Assembly (NCBI RefSeq): GCF_018977255.1
Contig: NW_024705323.1
Location: 1 to 54,417 of the forward strand
DNA from: Callorhinchus milii
Lineage: Eukaryota
Direction of reading: 5' to 3'
Length of the DNA: 54,417 bases
The notes beneath the pieces are model-generated. The model had not been told where the DNA came from and did no database searches. It saw nothing but the letters and a program-made list of their open reading frames with translations. A program made the translations under genes and the position numbers. How positions within the stretch are numbered: the first letter of the stretch is position 1; each line of letters begins with the position of its first letter. Positions 1-13,079 of the stretch are shown here, one piece after another.

Positions 1-262
1 GTCAACGCCGAATGGCAAAGAAAGGCAAATTCGCTCTCCACGGCCCACATACCGGAATTCCGACTCCGCCGGAATCCGCAAATCCGTTACAATAGTGACC
101 GCACTAATTCAGAGAAACGGCTGTTTCGACCCAACAACAAGAATGCGATCACCGGAGCATGTTGGAGGAGGCCGGGCCGTGGTCGGCTGCCCACGTGTCG
201 GCGTGTCTCCATCACGTTCATCGGCCCGATCCAAGTCACCGGAGAAATCCGGATTGCACACC
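1..262. repeat. Copy of the unique element upstream of the rDNA 5' ETS (candidate Pol I promoter region); direct repeat of 45430-45691
   Basis: Ungapped base-by-base match to 45430-45691 (offset 45429) with about five substitutions. It runs off the left window edge. Confidence 0.9.
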
Positions 263-444
263 GCCAAAGAGCCTGAGAGAGAGGGGTACACAGACCGCAG
301 AGAGTGGGGCGACAGGACCTGGAAATGAGTGGGAGACAGAGATTGAGACCGAGGGTGGAGACATGGACTGGGAGGGTAACAGAGACTGGGATAGAGGAGG
401 GAGACAGAGACAGAGAGGGGCAGACGGAGCCAAGAGGGAGGGGG

Positions 445-3400
445 AGCCCCCAGCCCAGCCCCCAGCCCCACCCCCAGCCCAGCCCCCAGCCCCAGCCCCG
501 CCCCAGCCCCAGCCCAGCCCCCAGCCCAGCCCAGCCCCCAGCCCCAGCCCCAGCCCACCCCAGCCCAGCCCAGCCCCCAGCCCACCGCCCCAGCCCAGCC
601 CCGCCCAGCCCCGCCCCGCCCCCCAGCCCACCCCCAGCCCCCAGCCCCAGCCCACCCCAGCCCCCAGCCCACCCCCCCCCCAGCCCCAGCCCCGCCCCAC
701 CCAGCCCCCCCAGCCCAGCCCACGCCAGCCCCAGCCCAGCCCCCACCCAGCCCGCCCACCCCAGCCCCCGCCCAGCCCCCCAGCCCCCAGCCCCGCCCCC
801 AGCCCAGCCCCCCAGCCCCCGCCCAGCCCAGCCCCCACCCCGCCCAGCCCCCAGCCCAGCCCCCAGCCCAGCCCCAGCCCCAGCCCAGCCCCAGCCCAGC
901 CCAGCCCCCAGCCCAGCCCCCAGCCCCACAGCCCCCAGCCCCCGCCCAGCCCACCCCCAGCCCACCGCCCAGCCCGCCCCCAGCCCAGCCCCCGCCCCGC
1001 CCACCCCCCAGCCCAGCCCGCACAGCACAGCACACACAGCACAGCCCAGCCCCCAGCCCAGCACATGCCCCCAGCCCAGCCCCCAGCCCCGCCCAGCGCC
1101 CAGCCCCGCCCCCAGCCCAGCCCCAGCCCAGCCGCACAGCCCAGCACACACAGCACAGCCCAGCCCCCAGCCCAGCCCAGCCCAGCAGCCCCAGCCAGCC
1201 CCCAGCCCGCCCAGCCCCAGCCCAGCCCAGCCCACCAGCCCAGCCCCCCCAGCCCAGCCCAGCCCAGCCCAGCCCCAGCCCAGCCCCCAGCCCAGCCCCC
1301 AGCCCAGCCCCAGCCCCCAGCCCAGCCCCCAGCCCCCAGCCCAGCCCAGCCCAGCCCAGCCCCCAGCCCAGCCCCCAGCCCAGCCCCAGCCCAGCCCCCA
1401 GCCCAGCCCCGCCCCCAGCCCAGCCCCCAGCCCCCAGCCCCCAGCCCGCACAGCACAGCACACACAGCCCAGCCCAGCCCAGCCCCCAGCCCCCAGCCCA
1501 GCACATGCCCCCCAGCCCAGCCCCCAGCCCCCAGCCCCCAGCCCCGCCCAGCCCCCAGCCCAGCCCCGCCCCCAGCCCAGCCCAGCCCCCAGCCCAGCCC
1601 GCACAGCACAGCACACACAGCACAGCCCAGCACACACAGCCCAGCCCAGCCCCCAGCACAGCACAGCCCAGCCCAGCCCCCAGCACAGCCCAGCCCCCAG
1701 CCAGCCACAAGCCCCAGCCCCCAGCCCCAGCCCACCAGCCCCAGCCCCAGCCCCAGCCCAGCCCCCAGCACAGCCCAGCCCCCAGCCCAGCCCAGCTCAG
1801 CCCCCAGCCCAGCCCAGCCCCAGCCCCGCCCCAGCCCCCAGCCCAGCCCCCCAGCCCAGCCCCAGCCCAGCCCCAGCCCCCAGCCCCCAGCCCAGCCCCC
1901 AGCCAGCCAGCCCAGCCCAGCCCAGCCCCCCAGCCCAGCCCCCAGCCCAGCCCCCAGCCCAGCCCCAGCCCAGCCCAGCCCCAGCCCCAGCCCCCAGCCC
2001 CAGCCCCCAGCCCAGCCAGCCCCCAGCCCCCCAGCCCAGCCCAGCCCCCCAGCCCAGCCCAAGCCCCCAGCCCAGCCCCCAGCCCCCAGCCCCCAGCCCC
2101 AGCCCCAGCCCCCAGCCCAGCCCCCAGCCCCAGCCCAGCCCAGCCCCCAGCCCAGCCCCCAGCCCGCCCAGCCCAGCCCAGCCCCCAGCCCCCAGCCCCC
2201 AGCCCCCAGCCCAGCCCCCAGCCCCCAGCCCCAGCCCAGCCCCCAGCCCAGCCCAGCCCAGCCCCCAGCCCAGCCCAGCCCCAGCCCCAGCCCAGCCCCC
2301 AGCCCACAGCCCCCAGCCCCCAGCCCAGCCCAGCCCCCAGCCCCAGCCCAGCCCCAGCCCAGCCCCGCCCAGCCCCCCAGCCCCCAGCCCCCAGCCCAGC
2401 CCCCAGCCCAGCCAAGCCCCAGCCCAGCCCCCCAGCCCCCAGCCCCCCAGCCAGCCCCCAGCCCCCAGCCCCAGCCCAGCCCCCCCAGCCCCCAGCCCCA
2501 GCCCCAGCCCAGCCCCCAGCCCCCAGCCCCCAGCCCAGCCCCAGCCCAGCCCCCAGCCCCCAGCCCAGCCCCAGCCCAGCCCAGCCCCCAGCCCAGCCCC
2601 CAGCCCCCAGCCCCAGCCCAGCCAGCCCCAGCCCCCAGCCCAGCCCCCAGCCCCAGCCCCACAGCCCAGCCACCCAGCCCAGCCCAGCCCCCAGCCCCCA
2701 GCCCCAGCCCCCAGCCCAGCCCCCAGCCCCCAGCCCAGCCCCCAGCCAGCCCAGCCCAGCACCACAGCCCAGCCCAGCCCCAGCCCAGCCCCCAGCCCCC
2801 AGCCCCCAGCCCAGCCCCCAGCCCCCAGCCCAGCCCCCAGCCCCAGCCCCCAGCCCCCAGCCCCAGCCCCCAGCCCCAGCCAGCCCAGCCCCCAACCCCC
2901 AGCCCCCAGCCCAGCCCCCAGCCCCCAGCCCACCCCGCCCAGCCCAGCCCCCAGCCCCCCAGCCCAGCCCCAGCCCCCAGCCCAGCCCCAGCCCCCAGCC
3001 CCAGCCCCCCAGCCCCAGCCCCAGCCCGCCCCAGCCCCCAGCCCCCAGCCCCAGCCCAGCCCCAGCCCCCAGCCCAGCCCCAGCCCAGCCCCAGCCCCCA
3101 GCCCAGCCCCCAGCCCCCAGCCCCAGCCCCCCCAGCCCCAGCCCGCCCAGCCCCCAGCCCAGCCCAGCCCCCAGCCCAGCCCCAGCCCCAGCCCCCAGCC
3201 CAGCCCCCAGCCCCGCCCACCCCAGCCCCCCCAGCCCCGCCCCAGCCCCCAGACCCCAGCCCCGCCCCCAGCCCAGCCCCAGCCCAGCCCCAGCCCCAGC
3301 CCCGCCCAGCCCAGCCCCCAGCCCCCAGCCCCCCCAGCCCAGCCCCAGCCCCGCCCACCCAGCCCCCCAGCCCGCCCCAGCCCCAGCCCCAGCCCGCCCC

Positions 3401-5712
3401 CAGCCCAGCCCCCAGCCCAGCCCGCCCAGCCCCAGCCCACCAGCCCCGCCCCAGCCCCCAGCCCAGCCCAGCCCCCAGCCCAGCCCAGCCCAGCCCAGCC
3501 CCAGCCCAGCCCCCAGCCCAGCCCAGCCCGCACAGCCCAGCCCCCAGCCCAGCCCAGCCCCCAGCCCAGCCCCAGCCCCCAGCCCCAGCCCAGCCAGCCC
3601 CCAGCCCCGCCCAGCCCCCAGCCAGCCCCAGCCCCAGCCCAGCCCAGCCCAGCCCCCAGCCCAGCCCCCAGCCCCCAGCCCAGCCCCCAGCCCGCCCCGC
3701 CCCCAGCCCAGCCCGCCCAGCCCCCAGCCCAGCCCCCAGCCAGCCCAGCCCAGCCCAGCCCAGCCCCCAGCCCAGCCCAGCCCCCAGCCCAGCCCCCAGC
3801 CCCAGCCCCCAGCCCAGCCCCAGCCCCCAGCCCAGCCCAGCCCGCCCAGCCCAGCCCAGCCCCAGCCCAGCCCAGCCCCCAGCCCAGCCCGCCAGCCCCC
3901 AGCCCAGCCCAGCCCCCAGCCCCAGCCCAGCCCCCAGCCAGCCCAGCCCAGCCCCAGCCCCAGCCCAGCCCCCAGCCCAGCCCAGCCCCAGCCCCCAGCC
4001 CAGCCCCCAGCCCCAGCCAGCCCCAGCCCCAGCCCCAGCCCCCAGCCCAGCCCAGCCCCCAGCCCAGCCCCCAGCCCAGCCCGCAGCCCCAGCCCAGCCC
4101 AGCCCAGCCCCAGCCCCAGCCCCCAGCCCCCAGCCCAGCCCCAGCCCCCAGCCCAGCCCCCAGCCCCCAGCCCAGCCCAGCCCCCAGCCCCCAGCCCAGC
4201 CCCCAGCCCCCAGCCCAGCCCAGCCCCCAGCCCCCAGCCCAGCCCAGCCCCCAGCCCAGCCCCCAGCCCCAGCCCCGCCCCGCCCAGCCCAGCCCCCAGC
4301 CCAGCCCCCAGCCCCCAGCCCAGCCCCCAGCCCCAGCCCCAGCCCAGCCCCCAGCCCCCAGCCCAGCCCCAGCCCCCAGCCCAGCCCAGCCCCCAGCCCC
4401 CAGCCCAGCCCAGCCCCCAGCCCAGCCCCCAGCCCCAGCCCAGCCCCCAGCCCAGCCCAGCCCCCAGCCCAGCCCCCAGCCCCCAGCCCAGCCCAGCCCC
4501 CAGCCCAGCCCAGCCCAGCCCCAGCCCCCAGCCCAGCCCAGCCCCCAGCCCCCAGCCCCAGCCCCCAGCCCCAGCCCCCAGCCCAGCCCAGCCCCCAGCC
4601 CCAGCCCAGCCCCCAGCCCCCAGCCCAGCCCAGCCCCCAGCCCAGCCCAGCCCAGCCCAGCCCCAGCCCCCAGCCCCCAGCCCCAGCCCAGCCCCCAGCC
4701 CCAGCCCAGCCCCAGCCCCCAGCCCAGCCCAGCCCAGCCCCAGCCCAGCCCCCAGCCCAGCCCCCAGCCCCCAGCCCAGCCCAGCCCAGCCCCAGCCCAG
4801 CCCCAGCCCAGCCCCCAGCCCAGCCCCAGCCCCCAGCCCAGCCCAGCCCCAGCCCCCAGCCCAGCCCAGCCCCAGCCCCCAGCCCAGCCCAGCCCAGCCC
4901 AGCCCAGCCCCAGCCCAGCCCCCAGCCCAGCCCCAGCCCAGCCCAGCCCCCAGCCCCCAGCCCAGCCCAGCCCCCAGCCCCAGCCCAGCCCAGCCCCCAG
5001 CCCAGCCCCAGCCCCCAGCCCAGCCCAGCCCCCAGCCCAGCCCAGCCCCCAGCCCCCAGCCCAGCCCCAGCCCCCAGCCCAGCCCCCAGCCCAGCCCAGC
5101 CCAGCCCCCAGCCCAGCCCCCAGCCCCAGCCCAGCCCCCAGCCCAGCCCAGCCCAGCCCCAGCCCAGCCCCCAGCCCCCAGCCCAGCCCCCAGCCCCCAG
5201 CCCAGCCCAGCCCAGCCCCCAGCCCAGCCCCCAGCCCCAGCCCAGCCCCCAGCCCAGCCCCAGCCCCAGCCCAGCCCCCAGCCCAGCCCAGCCCCCAGCC
5301 CCCAGCCCAGCCCCCAGCCCAGCCCCAGCCCCCAGCCCAGCCCAGCCCCCAGCCCCCAGCCCCAGCCCCCAGCCCCCAGCCCAGCCCCCAGCCCCCAGCC
5401 CAGCCCAGCCCACAGCCCAGCCCCCAGCCCCCAGCCCCCAGCCCCAGCCCCCAGCCCAGCCCAGCCCAGCCCCCAGCCCAGCCCAGCCCAGCCCCCAGCC
5501 CAGCCCCAGCCCCCAGCCCCCAGCCCAGCCCCCAGCCCCCAGCACAGCCCAGCCCAGCCCCCAGCCCAGCCCCCAGCCCCAGCCCCCAGCCCCCAGCCCC
5601 CAGCCCAGCCCCCAGCCCCCAGCCCAGCCCCCAGCCCCCAGCCCCCAGCCCCAGCCCCCAGCCCCCAGCCCCCAGCCCCCAGCCCAGCCCACCACAGCCC
5701 AGCACAGCCCCC
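445..5712. repeat. ~5.3-kb (C3-5AG)n simple-repeat array; minus strand (GGGCT/GGGGCT/GGGGGCT)n, G-quadruplex-forming
   Basis: Read directly. The plus strand is almost T-free, which explains the six-frame P/Q/S/A and G/L/W ORFs. Confidence 0.97.
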
Positions 5713-5901
5713 AAGGCAGCAGCCGCCGCCGCCGCCGCCGCCGAGCGCGGCACAGCAGCAACACAAGAGCCAGAGGAAGCGGAGAGGGCGGCCGCCAAGT
5801 CGGGCAAACCCCGCCGGGCCCGCACCGCCTTCACCTCCGAGCAGCGGGTGGCCCTGGAGAACCAGTTCAAGTCCACCCGCTACCTGTCGGTGTGAGAGCG
5901 G
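5713..5901 (+). pseudogene. NKX1-1: NKX1-family (probably NKX1-1) homeobox fragment, inactivated
   Basis: [34 protein letters not shown] matches the NK1 homeodomain start ([35 protein letters not shown]). Cys codon is TGA at 5893-5895. Upstream [10 protein letters not shown] is in another frame (frameshift ~5788). Helices 2-3 are absent. Convergent position next to UVSSA fits NKX1-1 synteny. Confidence 0.85.
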
Positions 5902-6259
5902 AGGGTTTGTTTTAAAAAGATGCCAATAAATCCAAGTTGGCAAATGCAGAGAGAGAGAGAGAGAGAAAACAAACCGCGCGCTTTCGTGTCCCCCAAATGG
6001 GAGTGAGCCGAGAGCCGCGCAATCTTATTGCTTTTTATTTGAAAAAGAAACTTATTATTTGACTGTGTGGGAGTGTTGGTGACATTGGGGAGCAGCTGAG
6101 GGGATGGGGGGGTGTAGATCTATCCAAACACACGCAGGTTCCCAGGGACCGACCGCTCCTGTAGTGGATCACATGAAATTAACAAAAAAAACGCTCCCAA
6201 TTTGGATCCCAAAGCGCTAACGTTTCCATCAAAATCTTCAGTGAGAAAACACGGCATCC

Positions 6260-6294
<35 letters not shown>

Positions 6295-7062
6295 AAATAA
6301 TATTAATAGTGACTCGGATCCTACAGAGATCACAGAGATTGATACAAAACGTGTCGGGGTGAAAGTTCCGTTCCCCGGGACATCACTGCGACTCCTGTTT
6401 TTATATATACTGTATATTATTTCGCACAAGTTTATTGATAACAACGATTTTTTTGGGGGGGAAGGAGGGGAATTAAATGTCACCGCGATCCTGTGTATAA
6501 ACCTTGACAAAGCTGTGTATGTGTNGGGGGATGTTTCATGAATTAGGATACAGGGATATAGGAATGTCTCTGTAAAAAGGAAAGTGTCCCAATCCTCTTA
6601 AGTCATTTAAACTTTTAAATAGTTTGTTTGTTTAAAGGGACATTTCCCTACGTGTTGCCCAGCTCCACTGTTCCACATTATTCTAAAGAATTATCAATTG
6701 TAATTATCAATATATAATTATCAATTACAGGTGAATCGATCACCAACTTTTTTTTAATGCCACAGAATTTCAGAAACGATTCTGCTTAAAATGTCCTGAT
6801 TTCGGTTTCTCTGATTGAATTGCTTCCTTAACCGAAAGTGCAAGGTTTACTGGTTACCTCCTCTGTTTTCTCTCACCCTCCCCAGGAGAGAGAGAGAGAG
6901 AGAGAGAAAAAAAATAGCAATACAGGAAACTAATAAAAAAAAATCCCTTTGCAAATAACGCTGAGAATTTCGCCCACAAAATATAGTCAACTCACTTTAT
7001 AGTATGTTCTGTGAAGTGTGGAAAGGAGGGGAAATTAGGTGATTATTTGCCTCTTACCCCCT

Positions 7063-7095
<33 letters not shown>

Positions 7096-7224
7096 CACGA
7101 CCAGACCAGATCCCTTTTTTACTTTAAAAAAATCCGATTCCGAATCAAGCGATAGGCAAACCCAGATCTTCCAAAGTTATACTGAGACTTCAACAACAAA
7201 ATAACATGGAGAAGGAAGAGGGGA

Positions 7225-7258
<34 letters not shown>

Positions 7259-8771
7259 ATTTGTGTCAGTGTGTGGAGGGGGCGGTTAAAAGAGAGACAG
7301 AGAGAGACAGAGAGTGAGAGAGATGCGTTTTATTTCACTGTTAATTAGAATTAATTCACCATCAAACAGAGAATTGCACATCATTTTGCTCTATTCTGGC
7401 GATTGCCACTCAATTGTTGAACCCCCCCCCCCCCCACACACACACATCCTCACCAACACAAAAGTGGAGTCGACTTAAACAAATGAGAGGGTCGCTTTGA
7501 ACTTGAAATAACCTGCAAAACAAGAACTCGTGCCACGGATTGTTTGGTCTGTTTTCTATTTATTCCTTTTCTCGCAGTCTGTCTGCAAAAAATACTTTAA
7601 CGTAGTGCTTAGTAGAACCAGTCTGATCAAAGCAGAACAGATTTCTATTTGTCTTTTATTATTATTGCTATAATATTGTTGTATCTCTGTCTTCTGTNAA
7701 AAAAAGAGTAACACACATTTCCAAGTCTCAGGGTAAATAGATTTACAGTCGTGGGGGTAACAGATCTGCAGGTAACAGGCAAAGGGAAATAATTATTCAT
7801 TACTTGAATTACAATTTGTGTGTAAATATTTACTGTATATATATTTAAAAAGGGAAATCAGACGTGGGACTAAACATGATCTGGAAGAATCCTGAATCAC
7901 TAAACTACACCATACTTTTGTTTAAAGAAATAAATAAATATAATGAACGTGAAGTAGTGCCAGAAAACACGGCCACAATCTGTTGGGATGGATTTTTTTT
8001 TCTCTCCTCTCTCATTTTTATCATTGCATATTTATGATGTCCTATGGTTGGATTTGTAATTGATGTCACTTATGGAAAAGAGCGGCATTGCCGCAATTAT
8101 ATGGTGAAACATAACGAAAGAGCACTTTGGTAGCTGAAAATAAATACTTTAAAAAAGAAATGAACAATCAATAAAAAAATGAGTCTATGCTAAACCTTCC
8201 AGTTGGCTTCTTGTGTTTGTTGTATGCCCTTTATAGGTTATTGTACAGGGGGTAACATAGACTTGTGGAGAGAGGATCTGTCACCTCATTATTAACAGCA
8301 AGTCACACCCAACACACCTTTTGCGGTCCCCATTGCCAATCTATATGTATATATGTGTGTGTATGTGTGTGTAAACGTATATATGGTGTGTATACAGTAT
8401 CTGCTGTGTGCAATTGGCTGCCGCATTTCGCTTACAAAACAGTCAATTCACTTTACAGTTTATTCTGTGAAATGCTTTGAGACGTCTCAAAGACGTGATA
8501 AGGTGCTATATCAAATGCAAGGATTATTATCTTGTGTGTTTGTATATATAATATATAACTTGTGTATGTATATATATCTTGTCCGTATATATACACTGTA
8601 TATATATATATATATGTACATTTCCCTTCAGTCTAATCTGCTGCTGTCTCACACAGCGTCATTCACTGTGTCCTCTTTCGTTCTCCAACTCTTTCATTCG
8701 CAGATAAAACAACTATTTCCTTTGGGGGAATAGATATTGCTCCCCCCTACCTCTGCAACCTTTTAACCCAC

Positions 8772-9070
8772 AGTGGGCTCCAGCCTGCTTCACGTCCCCC
8801 GCATCTCCCGCCCCACCATTGGTGGTCGGGCCTTCAACCACTCTGCCCCCACCCTCTGGAACTCCATCCCGCAGTCCCTCTGCCTCGCCCCCTCGCTTGC
8901 CTCCTTGAAGACCCATCTCAAGATCCTCCTCTTTGACCATGCCTTTGATCACCCTTCTTTCCTGCCCTCCACCCTCCCCAATCCTGACCCCCGTCTCGGG
9001 TTCGAAACATTGATTGGTCCTGCGGCTTGGGATGTTCTTCTGACGTGAAAAGGTCTAGACACATGTCATT
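8772..9070 (+). mobile_element. L2-type LINE 3' fragment
   Basis: LLHVPRISRPTIGGRAFNHSAPTLWNSIPQSL...SLKTHLKILLFDHAF is an L2 ORF2 C-terminus. Same family as 33752-34937. Confidence 0.85.
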
Positions 9071-9074
9071 TTGG

Positions 9075-9510
9075 TGTATATATATATTAGTATATTGGGT
9101 GTATGTATATATGGTGTATATATTGTGTGTTTGTGTATATATAGTGTGTATAGGTATATATATATTGTGTGTTTGTGTATATATATAGTGTGTACAGGTA
9201 TATATATATCGTGTGTTTGTGTACATATATTGTATATAAACGTATATATGTTGTGTCTATATATAGTGTGCTTGTATATATACATATTGTGTATGTGTAT
9301 ATATATTGCGTGTATGTATATACATTGTGTGTGTATATATGTGTGTATATATACTATTTGCTTGTATATATACATATTGTGTGATTGTATATATACATTT
9401 TGTGTGATTGTATATATACATTTTGTGTGATGTATATACATTGTGTATATATGTGTGTATATATATTGTGTGTATATATAGTGTGTTTGTATATATAGTA
9501 TATATCTTAT
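9075..9510. repeat. TA/TG low-complexity tract
   Basis: Read directly. Confidence 0.9.
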
Positions 9511-10214
9511 GTGATAATACAAAAGATAAAATAACATATTTTTAAAAATAGCCAAAACTCTTTAAATCTATGAATAAATCCCTCAGCCCAGACTCACCCA
9601 CTTTGCTGACTAGTTCTCACAAATGTTTATGTAGAATTTGAATTTTTTCTTCATTCTCACCATTGCTATATAAACCAATAATAGTTAAATATTTCCATAT
9701 TATTTGCATGATTTGTACATTTTATTTGAGCAAACATGCAGCGGAATTTAAAAATAATAGGAAAAAAAGTTGTTAGATTCTTCAGAATAATTGTCCTCAC
9801 TTTTTTTACGTTTTATTGTAAGCATATTTTGCATTGTATTCCCTTCCCCCCCAGTTTATTTATTCATCATCTAATTCCTTGTTTTCCCACGTTTCTCAAA
9901 ATTGTGTCATATTTACTTATTATAAGAGATTTCATTTATGAAGCTAATTATTTATGATTAATATTTCTTTGAATCCTGTCACCATGATCTTGCTACTAAT
10001 CATATTAAACACTCTGCTGAAAACATTGCACTTCCCTTAATTTAGCAAGGGTTATTATAAGAGTATTAATATGAGTGCAATTTGCCCACAAAACAGTCAA
10101 TTCACTTTACAGTATATTCTGTGAAGAGCTTTGAGATGCCTGAATGATGTGATACTACGATATATCAAATGCAAGGATTATTATTATTATTAGAATTTGC
10201 TGTGCTCCCAACAG

Positions 10215-10580
10215 TGGAGTCCCGTAATGTTGTGGTTAGAGCACTCGTCTGGCAAGTGTGAGGACCCAGGTTTGATTCCGGGCTGCGGCAAAATTTTAGG
10301 CAAGTTTCCTTACTCCATATGCCTCTGTTTACCGAGCAATAAGTAGGAACCTGGTTGTTAGTCGATTGGCAGATCGCTTTCTGGGGTTACTAGTCCTTTA
10401 AAAAAAATTGTTCATTCAATCCACGACTGTTTGTGGGACACTGCTGTGCGCAATTGGTTGCCACGCTTCGCCCTCAAAATGTACAGTCAATTCACTTTGC
10501 AGTATATTCTGTGAAACGGTTTGAGATAACTCAACGATGTAATAAGGCGCTATATCAATGCAAGAATTATTATTATTATT
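10215..10580 (+). mobile_element. tRNA-derived SINE, near full length
   Basis: tRNA-like head (TGGAGTCC..GTGGTTAGAGC..GGTTTGATTCC), shared core (GTGGGACACTGCTGTGCGCAATTGG), L2-like tail ending (ATT)n. Many copies in the window. Confidence 0.85.
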
Positions 10581-11454
10581 AACAGTTCCTAGCTGTTGGT
10601 GCCAATGTGTTAAATTAAGTCAATCCCATTCGCTGTTCGCCCTTGTTTGCATCCCTGTATGAAGACTTCAACAACTTTCCCTGTGACTGATGAAGTGTGA
10701 GGAATTCATGATGTCTGACACAAAATTTGCTTCTCTTCACGGAAACTTATATCCCCAAATGTAAATTGACTCGTGTGTAAAAAATATAAGTTGTTTAACA
10801 TGAATACTTAAATGCCTTCTGCCACTTACTTGGGGCAGCGCCTGCTGGCCATCAGAGGGCACACTCCACACAAACCCTGACCCTCTCAACACCAAGCAAA
10901 GCAGCCTCAACACTCAACAAAATCATACACAGCAAACGTGAAGTTTTATATTCCTAAAGGTTAAGCATATTGATGATATAAATATTTCTATTGATGGCTC
11001 TTTGATTTTTAGTCTTTTTTAAGTTTGAGTCAACCCGGTGTCTGACACATGTGGAACCCCATCCCCGTGCTTAAGAGTATCCAAACCAAACTGAGATTTC
11101 CATGTATCCCACCAACACATGGAAATCCCAGAGATAGATTGTTGGAATGGAATGTGCACTCTCTCCCTGGAGGGACACATCCTGTTTACCTAATTCCAGA
11201 AAGTATTAGGAGCAGGTTGGCAAGAGCCAAGACTTGGGGAGTAAGGATTATTATTATTATCTTATCCTCCGATCAAACATATACTATTCAGACAGAGCAG
11301 GGGTAAAGCATGTTCGATCGCCAATGTATGGTGCCACTGGATGCTAATTAAATCCTCTGCTCAGATTAAGTGTATGACTCAGTGTATGAGACAGTAAATT
11401 AAGATCCCTAGTTAAAGGAGCTGTATCAATGCTAGACAGACCTTGGCTTTATTA

Positions 11455-11880
11455 ATATCAGCCTGGCTCAGTTGGTAGCACTCACATCCTGAGTCAAGAG
11501 GGTTGAGGATTCTGAGACGTTTGTTTGGGAATTGGCAAACATACCACCTAAGATAACACTCCAATGCAATGCTGGGATCAGCGTTACATTGTTGGAGGTG
11601 CGGTCCTTCGAATGAGTCGTTAAACCGAGGTCCTATCTGCTAATTCAGGTGGAAGTTAAAGATCCAATGGCACTATTCAAAAAGAGAGGGAGTTTCTCCT
11701 GGCCAACAATTCCCCCAAAATAAATGAAAAGGTCATTCACTTCATGGCTGTCTGTGTGCAAATTGCTCCTGCATTTATCTACAAAATACAATCACTACAT
11801 GTTACAGTAAATCCTGTGAAGAATTTTGACACAACCACCCAACATGAATGGCGCTATATCAAAATCTTAGAATCATTGTT
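11455..11880 (+). mobile_element. Older Deu-domain SINE (SacSINE1/LmeSINE-like)
   Basis: tRNA head (GCTCAGTTGGTAGCACTC) and Deu-like core TTGGAGGTGCGGTCCTTCGAATGAGTCGTTAAACCGAGG...CAGGTGGAAGTTAAAGATCCAATGGCACTATT. Confidence 0.7.
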
Positions 11881-13079
11881 TATTAAGCATTAAGAAATAT
11901 TATAGAGAAAATGAATATTTAACATGAGACAGGCAAATATAGCAACAGCAACCAACTTGCATTTATATAGCACCCTTCACGCAGGATAGCGTTTTGGAGG
12001 GCTTAACAATGGTGGAGTTTGAGCCACGGAGGGAGGGAGGGAGGGAGGGAGCAAGGTCTGTTATTAACAGCTCTATACCCTTTACTGCTGTTTATTAAAA
12101 TGCTCAAACTTATCTGCAATTTGCAACATCTGTAGTGACAATTTAAACATCGGTAATTACTGTATTTGAAAACAAAACCTACCTGATATTCCAGTTACTC
12201 CTTGCGGTGGAGATAAAACCTAAGTCGAGAAGGGCAGGTTTAGGATTATGGCATTGTAGCTGGTAGATCAGTAAATGTTAGGGTGAGAAGTTTAGAGTCT
12301 GGGCTAGGATTTACATTTAACATTTGTCAGGAGGATCAAGTGCTTAATCCACTTTAACCCATGTTATCCACTTTGATCTTATTACATGCATAAGGATGAG
12401 CTATAGATGGTAATCCTTCAGAGCAAATGTGTTAAGTAGTGTGATTAAAATCAGGCTTGATTCAAGAGGTAAGCGTTTTATTCAGTCAATGGCAAGCCTA
12501 AGTTTTTCTGATTGATCATTGTCTTAAATTACATGCAGTCAAGTGAAATTGCTGAGATTTAATACATATTTTTAACACAATAAAGACCTGTTCCCTCTTA
12601 TGATCTTACTGAATACATTCTCAATGTTGCCATGGAGCATAGCGAGAGCAACTTTGTAAAAAATTTGATAACTTTCAAGTGACACGGATCAAATATCTGA
12701 ACATTATCGATGTTTCATCTGAATCATTCAGCATCAATGCACACGCTGGTGATAATTTACAAGAATGTACAACAAGGAAACAGGCCACTCGACCCAATCA
12801 GTCTGTGCTGGTGTTTATACTCCATATGAATCTTCACCCACTCCTTACTCCCTCCCATACCTTTCGATTCCCGTCTCGCTCACGTGAAGGTCTAGCTTCC
12901 TCTCGAGTACATCTACACAATCTGATTGAAGTCTAAACCGTGAAAGCCCATTGCTGAGGCAATGGAATACCCAACACTTGCAGCCCAACAACAAAAGGAA
13001 GAGGGCATAAGGGTTCAGAGATATGATTGGCAAATTTAGGGCAGAAACTGTAAAGGTGATGAGTTATAATACATAGCTA

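Noticed and set aside
445..5712. True immunoglobulin switch region
   Set aside because: No Ig exons nearby and essentially no AGCT motifs; the resemblance is only compositional
87..5943. Six-frame giant ORFs (PQPSPA / GLGWAG, up to 1944 aa)
   Set aside because: Produced by a stop-free simple repeat; only the last ~35 codons of ORF 304-5895 have real homology
10215..10290. tRNA genes at SINE heads (also 16670-16737, 26074-26145, 33126-33200)
   Set aside because: Each continues into a SINE core and tail; they are retroposon heads
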